The notes under the pieces are model-generated. The model made no database searches and had not been told where the DNA came from. It saw only the letters and a program-made list of their open reading frames with translations. A stretch of 50,811 nt of DNA from an uncultured Thiotrichales bacterium (GTDB lineage Bacteria > Pseudomonadota > Gammaproteobacteria > CAZUMV01), in NCBI GenBank assembly GCA_964621435.1, contig CAZUMV010000002.1, positions 1 through 50,811 of the forward strand. Direction: 5' to 3'. Numbering within the stretch: the stretch's first letter is position 1; every line of letters starts with the position of its first letter. The position numbers and the translations under genes are program-made. Shown here piece after piece: positions 37,942 to 45,198 of this stretch.

Positions 37942-39652
37942 CTTTTCCAGATGCTCTGATTAACATAAGCTTGATGGCGCGCTTATTTTTTTCATCATAG
38001 TCTTGCAAACTAAACTCTTCGCTAAGGCGGGTGGTTTTTATTTCGAACTCCTCACTTTTGAGCATGCTGCTTAATTTCTTATGCGTAACCTTTTCACCAA
38101 ATAAAGTCAGGCCGCGCCACTCTCTAGCAGTTTGATGTTTTTCTATAGTAGACGCGTCTCTAGATGTCGCAATATGGTAAATATTATTACGGCCAAATTC
38201 AGTACCGTAGCGCATGCAGGCAATGGTATTCACTTCTCTTTGTGGCGACAAGGCCAATAATCTACCTATCCCGATCAAGTCCAGATGTTGATCAGCATAT
38301 TCAGATACCGGGTTACCGTAAAAGGTGTTTAGGCCGCCCATGCGTGCGGCACGAATATTGGTAATACTCGAATCGGTAATCACAACATTAATATCATTGG
38401 CGGATAACTCATTCGCCAAACGTCTGGCCAGGGGAGTCGCGCCGACAATAAGAAAACCATTAGGCTCGGGGTCTGACACACCCAGCAAGCGACCGATAAA
38501 ACCAGCGGTTAGACTTTGGATTAATACCGTACCAATGATAACGGTAAAGGTTAAAGAAACTAACAGATCAGCGTCCGGAAAACCTTTTTCAGCTAACTTT
38601 AACGCAAACAATGCGGAGATAGCGGCCGCCACAATACCCCGTGGTCCGATCCAGCCGATCAAAACGCGTTCTTGCCAAGTAAGTTCGGATCCTAATGTCG
38701 AAAAGTACACCGCAATGGGTCGGGCAACAAATTGGACAATAAGGTATGCGCCCAAGGCGGTCGCACCCGAGGCCAATAAATTTTTCAAATCTAACCCGGC
38801 CGCCAAAGTAATAAATAGAATCGAGATTAGTAGTACCGTAAGGTTTTCCTTAAAGTTCAAAATCTCTTCGAAATGGGTTTTTGAGTTTGCCAGCCAAATA
38901 CCCATAACGGTTACTGCCAACAAACCGGATTCCTCGGCGAAATAATTGGAGATACTGAACGAAAACAATACCAACGCCAAGGTCGCCAAATTTTGCAGGT
39001 ACTCCGGAAAAAGATGATATTCAAGAGCTTTCTCAAGAATTTTACCGGCGATAAACCCGATCAATGATCCAATAAAAATAATTTTGAAAAATAAGAATGC
39101 TACGTGCCCGATAGCGCCGCCATCTGCACTGGAAACTATAAACTCAAACACCAGGACCGCGAACAAAGCACCAACCGGATCAATCAGAATACCTTCCCAA
39201 CGGAGTATGTTGGAAATATTTGCGTTGGGCCGCACGGTGCGTAGTAACGGCACAATAACCGTGGGCCCGGTGACTACCATCAGTGCGCCAAACAATACTG
39301 ATAGCGGCAGATCCAGACCAAAGAATAAGTGCATCGATGCGGCAACGATTAGCCAAGTGATAAGCGCACCAACCGACACTAGTCTTTGTACAACGTGTCG
39401 GACCTGTTTTATCTCGGAAAAGTCTAAGGTTAAACTTCCTTCGAATAATATAATGGCGACCGCCAGGGAAACCATCGGGTGCAGTAATTCACCGATAACT
39501 TCAGTTGGATGAAACCAATGCATGATTGGGCCAACCAAAATACCAACGGCCAATAACGGCAAAATTGCCGGGACTTTCAAGCGCCAGGATAACCACTGAC
39601 AAATGAAGCCGGCGAAAACCACCGAAGCTAGTGTTATTGCTGTATGTTCCAT
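37838..39652 (-). CDS. Cation:proton antiporter (CPA1 Na+/H+ exchanger family) with a C-terminal RCK/TrkA-type regulatory domain
   Basis: 604 aa. About 12 TM helices are followed by a soluble domain (FLIVGATPLARRLANEL...). Confidence 0.85.
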   Translation of the reverse strand: MEHTAITLASVVFAGFICQWLSWRLKVPAILPLLAVGILVGPIMHWFHPTEVIGELLHPMVSLAVAIILFEGSLTLDFSEIKQVRHVVQRLVSVGALITWLIVAASMHLFFGLDLPLSVLFGALMVVTGPTVIVPLLRTVRPNANISNILRWEGILIDPVGALFAVLVFEFIVSSADGGAIGHVAFLFFKIIFIGSLIGFIAGKILEKALEYHLFPEYLQNLATLALVLFSFSISNYFAEESGLLAVTVMGIWLANSKTHFEEILNFKENLTVLLISILFITLAAGLDLKNLLASGATALGAYLIVQFVARPIAVYFSTLGSELTWQERVLIGWIGPRGIVAAAISALFALKLAEKGFPDADLLVSLTFTVIIGTVLIQSLTAGFIGRLLGVSDPEPNGFLIVGATPLARRLANELSANDINVVITDSSITNIRAARMGGLNTFYGNPVSEYADQHLDLIGIGRLLALSPQREVNTIACMRYGTEFGRNNIYHIATSRDASTIEKHQTAREWRGLTLFGEKVTHKKLSSMLKSEEFEIKTTRLSEEFSLQDYDEKNKRAIKLMLIRASGKVEVYSAHQGPTARPGDKIIAATASKQSTQSLEEE

Positions 39653-39690
39653 TTTTCCCTTACCGGCTAACTTAAAACTGCACAGATTAG

Positions 39691-40293
39691 TTAGGCGGTT
39701 TTATTAAGACGACTATTTTTACCAATACGAGCTAGTAAAAATTTTATTTGATCCGCTAGAATATTTCTGTTCGCCAGGATTAAGCCCTCAGCGCGATTGG
39801 GCGCATAAGGAATCGCAATCAAAGCAAAATTTTTGCTACCCATTTCATCCAGTGTATGGTTACCTTTACGAGTGTTGCACGAAACGCATGCGCTAACCAC
39901 ATTCTCCCAAGTATTTAGCCCACCCCTTGAGACCGGTTTAACGTGATCTCTGGTAAGGTTTTTAACCGCAAACTGATCACCACAATACATACAGGTATTA
40001 CTGTCACGCCGAAAAAGCGCCCGATTGGTTAACGTTGGCGCATCGCCGAGACCCGCCACTTTCCGCCTAACACCACACGTTGCAACAATACTGTTAATCT
40101 CAAGTGTTGACTGCTCACCGGTAAGTCTGGAGTAACCGCCAAACATGGTCACTTGTTGGTCGCCTGCTTCCCATCGAACTTGGTTACGACTATATAAGGA
40201 TGCTGCCTGCTGACGCGATATCCAGTCCAGCGGCGCGCCTGAAACATCTAGACGCAGGATTAAATTGTTCTGTTGTGTGTGCATGGGCATCAT
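39691..40293 (-). CDS. HNH endonuclease domain protein with an unassigned ~100-aa N-terminal domain
   Basis: 200 aa. CMYCG...DHVKPVSRGGLNTWENVVSACVSCNTRKG is a complete HNH (ββα-Me, Cys4 zinc) motif. Confidence 0.8.
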   Translation of the reverse strand: MMPMHTQQNNLILRLDVSGAPLDWISRQQAASLYSRNQVRWEAGDQQVTMFGGYSRLTGEQSTLEINSIVATCGVRRKVAGLGDAPTLTNRALFRRDSNTCMYCGDQFAVKNLTRDHVKPVSRGGLNTWENVVSACVSCNTRKGNHTLDEMGSKNFALIAIPYAPNRAEGLILANRNILADQIKFLLARIGKNSRLNKTA

Positions 40294-40402
40294 TTTAACT
40301 GACTTACTCGTAGTGAAAAAGATTTTTAGCGGAACTGCACCAAATAACGAAAACAGTTGACGACAAATTGCTCATTGCAAGCGTCGGAAATTTACACCAG
40401 AC

Positions 40403-40434
40403 AAAAAAACACCCGCCAATGACGGGTGTTTTTT
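40403..40434 (-). terminator. Rho-independent terminator after the OmpA-like gene (bidirectional architecture)
   Basis: A-run, stem ACACCCG (40409-40415), 7-nt loop, stem CGGGTGT (40423-40429), then a T-run. It lies 20 nt downstream of the minus-strand stop at 40454. Confidence 0.8.
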
Positions 40435-40453
40435 ATACTACTTTACTGCTTGC

Positions 40454-41437
40454 TTAGTTGGCAGAAACGTTAAATTCGATTCTACGATTTTCCGCCCGGC
40501 CTTCAGGCGTATCGTTATCACCAATAGGTATAGTCTCGCCATAGCCGGCGGAACTCAAACGCGTGCCGTCTACTCCCTGATTGATCAGGTAAGTGACAAC
40601 TGCCTGCGCACGCTGCTCACTAAGATCCAGGTTATAAGCGTCTGCACCTTGAGAGTCAGTATGCCCTTCCACAGAAATACTGGCGCCCGGGCAATTGGCA
40701 GCTGTTGCCGCCATCTGATCTAATAATGCATAGCTACTGCCCGCAATAATCGCCTGAGCCGACTCAAAATTAATCTTCTGCGATGCAAGAAGATTATTAA
40801 AATCGGTTTGACAAGTATTAGCTGCAACAACTGCTGCTGTCGGTGCCGTGATCGCGTAACTACTGTTATAGGGCGCTAAAATGCCGCCTACCAGGTTACT
40901 CTGAACGCCATCTGCCTCAACTTGAGACGCTGCATCACCGCTTACAGAAATATTGAGGTCACTCATTTCAATACGTCCGTTACTAAGCGGATTGATGTTA
41001 GCCAAAGAAGCTACCGCAGTCTGTACCCAGTTTGCAGGTGCGCCGTCAATAATTTCCAAATTATTAACAACGTTGGCGCCATAGTTTGCCGTCGCTGCGG
41101 CTACCACAGAATCCATACCCGCTTGGTCCGGAACATAACCCGTCAATACCGCGTTCCGGTTAGCGTCCACAATAGCTGTTAGCTCATATGGTGACACCAC
41201 AACTGGTTCGACTACTTCAACAACCGGCGCAGGTTCTGCTACCACCGGCGCTGGTTGAACCACCTGTTGCACGACCTCTGTCGGACCACAGAGACTGGTT
41301 GTTACTGACGGCATTCCGATCTTGAACCCATTAAAGAACCAGGTTAACAATAACAGGAGTCCCAAAACTATCAGAACGAACCAGTACAAGCTTTTAAAAC
41401 CACCCCATCCAGGGTGAATATTATTTTCTATACTCAT
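40454..41437 (-). CDS. Inner-membrane-anchored OmpA-C-like peptidoglycan-binding protein (ArfA/OmpATb-like layout)
   Basis: 327 aa. One N-terminal TM helix, a Pro/Val-rich linker, a central domain, and a C-terminal OmpA-C domain (VEGHTDSQGADAYNLDLSEQRAQAV...NRRIEF). Its GAGGAG RBS overlaps the stop codon of the upstream gene. Confidence 0.85.
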   Translation of the reverse strand: MSIENNIHPGWGGFKSLYWFVLIVLGLLLLLTWFFNGFKIGMPSVTTSLCGPTEVVQQVVQPAPVVAEPAPVVEVVEPVVVSPYELTAIVDANRNAVLTGYVPDQAGMDSVVAAATANYGANVVNNLEIIDGAPANWVQTAVASLANINPLSNGRIEMSDLNISVSGDAASQVEADGVQSNLVGGILAPYNSSYAITAPTAAVVAANTCQTDFNNLLASQKINFESAQAIIAGSSYALLDQMAATAANCPGASISVEGHTDSQGADAYNLDLSEQRAQAVVTYLINQGVDGTRLSSAGYGETIPIGDNDTPEGRAENRRIEFNVSAN

Positions 41438-41449
41438 TTTTTATACTCC

Positions 41450-43318
41450 TCAGGCTCTGCCGCCATCTAGTTTGTCTTGCAAGGTTCTCAATGACTTCCA
41501 CTTATTGTCAGCCGCTAACTTGGACTGTTTAGGCCAGGTTTTCGGACTGGCTAACTGGTAGCGTGGCCCTGCTTTTGTAAGGATGGCTTGGATCGCCGTT
41601 GCTTTGGTTTTTGCCAGTTTGGCATAAGAGTGAATACCCGCCGCATGAATCAAGCCATTAATCTTCGGGCCTACACCCTCAATGACTGTGAAATCTGCGC
41701 GTCCACCTGCACCGCCCTTGATCTTGAATCCGGAAGCTTTAGCAGCCGCCATATCAACACCTTTTCCAGAGCTGGCTTTAGCTTTTGATTTGGCTTTGGC
41801 GCGCGTTACTTTACGCTTGGTCGTAGCCTTGCGCTTGGTCGTAGCCTTGCGCTTGGTGGTAACTTTACGTTTGGCTTTAGCTTTTGGCTTCGCTTTAGAC
41901 TTGGACTTGCTGTCCAGCAAACCGCCGTCATGCTCATCCTGCCATTTCTTTAACTTCGCCCAACGGCTACCGTTGACCATTGCTGATTGTCGCGGCCAAG
42001 ACCTTGGATCAGCCATACCATATCGAGGACCACCCTTAGCCAAAATCGCTTTGATTTTAGTTGGGCTAGTATCTGCAAGCTTCTTAAAGGTTTTAATGCC
42101 TGCAGCATGTAGTAATCCATTTATCTTTGGACCAATACCTTCGATGATCGTAAAGTTGGCCTTGGCACCTTTGTACTTGCCGTAACCGTAGACCTTCGCA
42201 GAGACCCAATCAATACCAGCAGCCTTGCGCGCTTTTTTCTTAACCGGGGTCTTTTTTCTAACGACCGTTTTACGAACCGCTTTTTTCTTAACGACCTTTT
42301 TCTTGGCGACTTTCTTTTTAGACTTCTTGGCAGCTTTCTTAGCCGCCTTGAGCTCTTTCTCAAGCTTTTTGATTTTCTTCAAATGCTTGGGATTATCGAC
42401 CTTGACCTTCTTGGTCTTGGTCTTGCCAGGCTTTGCTTTAGCTGCTCTGCTAGCTTTCAGATCTGCCTCAAGTTTACTAATTCGCGTCAGATGAATCGGG
42501 TTGTCCACTTTTACAGTTTTTTGTACAACCTTCTCTACTTCACGAATTTCAGGTTTCGCATTTTTGTAGCGACTCAGCTGGACCTCTAAATCTCTGATAC
42601 GAGACAAGTTTGCTGGGTTATCTACTTTAACTTCAACCTTCTTTTCGACAACTTTCTCGACGATCTTCTCAACAGGTACTTCTACCCGCTTCTCGACGAT
42701 CTTCTCAACCGGTACTTCAACCTTCTTTTCAACAATCTTCTCAACCGGTACTTCAACCTTCTTTTCAACGATCTTCTCAACCGGCACTTCTACCCGCTTT
42801 TCGACGATCTTTTCAACGATTTTGTCAACCGGCACTTCAACTCTTTTTTCGACGATCTTTTCAACCGGCACTTCCACCTTCTTTTCAACGATCTTCTCAA
42901 CCGTCTTAACTTCAGGTTTCGCCAGTTTGAATTTGTTCAGATCAGCTTCAAGTAATTTGATACGAGCCAAGTGGTCCGGATTATCAACCTTAACTTCAAC
43001 CTTCTTTTCGACGATCTTTTCAACGGGTACTTCAACCTTCTTCTCAACGATCTTTTCAACCGTCTTTACTTCAGGCTTTGCTGATTTGAAACTAGTGATT
43101 TCTGTTTGGTACTTATTGATATCACCTTCCAAAGAACTAATACGTGAGAGTAGTTTTGGATTGTCTACTTCAACTTTCTTCTCTACAATTTTTTCTATGG
43201 TTTTTGCTTTTGGTGCGGCGGTCGCCTTTCTAAAGCGGCCCGCAAGCCACAACATTGGTAGCCACGCAAGAAACGCACCTGCTAAAAACGGCCACCATTT
43301 ACAAAGAAATTCGATCAT
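41450..43318 (-). CDS. Membrane-anchored, lysine-rich tandem-repeat protein with two C-terminal helix-hairpin-helix-like (COG3743 / H3TH-like) modules
   Basis: 622-aa uninterrupted ORF with a good RBS (CAGGAGAAAGATC-ATG) and an N-terminal TM helix. It contains arrays of [12 protein letters not shown], five VDNPxxLxRIxxLE modules and a poly-Lys tract. Two homologous modules are present: F(T)(I/V)IEG(I/V)GPKINGL(L/I)HAAGI...GPRY...WP(R/K)QS...W...LQD.(L/H)DGG. Confidence 0.75.
   Translation of the reverse strand: MIEFLCKWWPFLAGAFLAWLPMLWLAGRFRKATAAPKAKTIEKIVEKKVEVDNPKLLSRISSLEGDINKYQTEITSFKSAKPEVKTVEKIVEKKVEVPVEKIVEKKVEVKVDNPDHLARIKLLEADLNKFKLAKPEVKTVEKIVEKKVEVPVEKIVEKRVEVPVDKIVEKIVEKRVEVPVEKIVEKKVEVPVEKIVEKKVEVPVEKIVEKRVEVPVEKIVEKVVEKKVEVKVDNPANLSRIRDLEVQLSRYKNAKPEIREVEKVVQKTVKVDNPIHLTRISKLEADLKASRAAKAKPGKTKTKKVKVDNPKHLKKIKKLEKELKAAKKAAKKSKKKVAKKKVVKKKAVRKTVVRKKTPVKKKARKAAGIDWVSAKVYGYGKYKGAKANFTIIEGIGPKINGLLHAAGIKTFKKLADTSPTKIKAILAKGGPRYGMADPRSWPRQSAMVNGSRWAKLKKWQDEHDGGLLDSKSKSKAKPKAKAKRKVTTKRKATTKRKATTKRKVTRAKAKSKAKASSGKGVDMAAAKASGFKIKGGAGGRADFTVIEGVGPKINGLIHAAGIHSYAKLAKTKATAIQAILTKAGPRYQLASPKTWPKQSKLAADNKWKSLRTLQDKLDGGRA
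41801..41872 (-). repeat. 21-nt coding tandem repeat (TKRKATT x ~3) in the linker between the two HhH-like modules
   Basis: CTTGGTCGTAGCCTTGCG(CTT) is repeated head-to-tail on the + strand. It translates as [23 protein letters not shown]. Confidence 0.8.
42626..42904 (-). repeat. 36-nt coding tandem repeat array (about 7.5 units encoding [12 protein letters not shown])
   Basis: Near-identical units such as CTTCTCAACCGGTACTTCAACCTTCTTTTCAACGAT are repeated head-to-tail. A second short array (about 2 units) lies at 42989-43060. Confidence 0.85.
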
Positions 43319-43537
43319 GATCTTTCTCCTGTGAAATTGTAAGCATTAATTTCGATCCAACATCACGATCGAACTTAACTTTCTTGTTACTTATTATTTT
43401 TTTTACGCTTCGAGTATATATCAGCGAAATAGCATTCTAAGTAAATTTTCGCTAAGTGATTGATTATTGCAATATTTAACAGAGCTATGTGTAAAAGTAA
43501 TTTACATATTAGAGATAGTTTTAGGTGAGTTTTTTAC

Positions 43538-44305
43538 CTAAATAGAAAAATCGGCCACCACTGGAGCGTGGTCTGAGGGTCTTTCCCAAGTGCGTGGTTC
43601 TGAATCTATTTCGCTGGAGACACAAACTTTAGCTAACGCCGTGCTCGCCAATATTAGATCAATTCTCAATCCAATATTGCGCCTGAAATTTCCGCCACGA
43701 TAATCCCACCAACTCCAACTATCTGGTAACTGGTCAAACAATCTATACGTATCTACGAATCCAAGATCTAAAATTGATTGCAACGCGTTGCGCTCTTGTT
43801 CACTACAAAAGATTCGGTCTCTCCAGGCAACCGGATCATGTACGTCTGCATCGGTCATGCAAATATTAAAATCTCCTAAAACCACATACCTTTCATATGC
43901 TGCGGAATCAGTTTCAATAAAATCTGCTACCCGTGCCAACCAGTCCAGTTTGTAAGCATACTTGTCAGAACCTATTTCCTGACCATTGACGACATACAGA
44001 CAAAGTACCCGCGTGTCGCCTATAGTCGCTGCGAGAATCCTTCGTTGCGGATCATCGAGACCAGGAATATCTTTGATGACATCGACTGCCTTTTTACGGC
44101 TTAATATCGCTACTCCGTTGTAAGTCTTTTGACCGGAATAAACAACATGGTAACCCGCCTCCTGCAGTGCTGATTCCGGAAAATTCTCATCAACAGTTTT
44201 GGTTTCCTGTAAGGCAACAATATCGGGCTGCATGAAATCCAGCCATTCCAGCAGATGTTCAAGCCTTACCTTCAGAGAATTTACATTCCAACTTGCGATT
44301 TTCAT
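43538..44305 (-). CDS. xthA: Exodeoxyribonuclease III
   Basis: 255 aa. SWNVNSL, LQETK, GDFN and SDHAPV motifs are present, and it appears colinear with the E. coli XthA sequence as I recall it. Confidence 0.9.
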   Translation of the reverse strand: MKIASWNVNSLKVRLEHLLEWLDFMQPDIVALQETKTVDENFPESALQEAGYHVVYSGQKTYNGVAILSRKKAVDVIKDIPGLDDPQRRILAATIGDTRVLCLYVVNGQEIGSDKYAYKLDWLARVADFIETDSAAYERYVVLGDFNICMTDADVHDPVAWRDRIFCSEQERNALQSILDLGFVDTYRLFDQLPDSWSWWDYRGGNFRRNIGLRIDLILASTALAKVCVSSEIDSEPRTWERPSDHAPVVADFSI

Positions 44306-44348
44306 TTTGTTTTAGTTAACTCTCGTATTCAATCCAGTGTAACAGACT

Positions 44349-44918
44349 ATGGTTCATTCTCTAGACTCGACCTTGCTGATGGTAATAGATATGCAACTCG
44401 CTATCGATGACCCCTGTTGGGGTACGCGCAATAACCCAGACGCAGAGGACAACATTAAGAAATTGCTCAAAATATGGCGCTCTAACGCAGCGCCTTTGAT
44501 CCATATCAAGCATATGTCTCTTGATTCAAACTCTCCGTATCACCCAGACAAACCAGGTAATGCATTTAAACCTGGCAACCAACCGGATGAAGGCGAGTGG
44601 ATTCTGCATAAAACGACTAATAGCGCTTTCATCAACACCAGTCTACAAGCTGATGTGGACCAACAAGGGATCAAAGCTATTGTTATGGCGGGCGTTAAAA
44701 CCAATAATTCATTAGAGGCAACCGCCCGACACGCCGGTAATCTCGGGTATCACACTATAGTAGTAGCCGATGCGTGTTTCACGTTTGCTCAATCGGGTAT
44801 AAGCGGCGAGAGTTATGACGCCGATGTGGTGCAGGACCTGTCGTTAAGCAATTTAAAAGACGAATACGCCGATATTTTGTTGACGGATAATGTAATAAAC
44901 GACATTTTCTCGGTTTAA
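44349..44918 (+). CDS. Cysteine hydrolase / isochorismatase-family protein
   Basis: 189 aa. LMVIDMQ, a catalytic K region, and VVADAC (nucleophile Cys) are present. Confidence 0.85.
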   Translation: MVHSLDSTLLMVIDMQLAIDDPCWGTRNNPDAEDNIKKLLKIWRSNAAPLIHIKHMSLDSNSPYHPDKPGNAFKPGNQPDEGEWILHKTTNSAFINTSLQADVDQQGIKAIVMAGVKTNNSLEATARHAGNLGYHTIVVADACFTFAQSGISGESYDADVVQDLSLSNLKDEYADILLTDNVINDIFSV

Positions 44919-44941
44919 AGCCAGTTTGATAACATAAGACA

Positions 44942-45075
44942 AAGCTACCGTTAGTCGGCGCAATAAATCCCAAGCTACCGCTAATCGGCGAGAACAAATG
45001 GCGAGCTACCGCTGGTAAGTTTTTCGTTGGTTTAAGCGAGAAACTATTGAAAAATAATTGGTCCATAGGTAGCTT
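44942..45075 (+). repeat. Intergenic array: three direct copies of AAGCTACCGYTARTCGGCG-like elements at ~30-bp phasing, plus one inverted AAGCTACC
   Basis: AAGCTACCGTTAGTCGGCG at 44942-44960, AAGCTACCGCTAATCGGCG at 44972-44990, GAGCTACCGCTGGTAAG at 45003-45019, and inverted GGTAGCTT at 45068-45075. Confidence 0.6.
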
Positions 45076-45198
45076 ACGTGGTGTGGGATAAATGTAATAA
45101 ATTTAAATAAGCAGATAAATATTAAACCGCTTTTATCTGGTAAAAATTCGTTGTCATGCGTTCCTGGCTTTATTAATTTACTTAAGGATAGTAGTTCG

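Noticed and set aside
38325-38945. 206-aa plus-strand ORF antisense to the cation:proton antiporter. Similar antisense ORFs lie at 39084-39512, 6389-6853, 5305-5667 and 49088-49531.
   Set aside because: Each lies fully inside a confidently assigned gene on the other strand and has no recognisable motifs. Their composition is typical of antisense reading of membrane or GC-biased genes.
42626-42904. Regular 36-nt repeats that could superficially suggest a CRISPR-like array.
   Set aside because: The units are contiguous with no unique spacers. They lie inside a 622-aa open frame, keep codon phase and encode a coherent peptide repeat. No cas genes are nearby.
41682-43334. Plus-strand ORFs 41682-42185 (167 aa), 42225-42494 and 42822-43334 (170 aa), antisense to the repeat-protein gene.
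   Set aside because: They are low-complexity mirror translations of the Lys/Glu/Val repeat (poly F/L/S/T). They are fragmented, whereas the minus strand is one uninterrupted ORF with an RBS and recognisable C-terminal domains.
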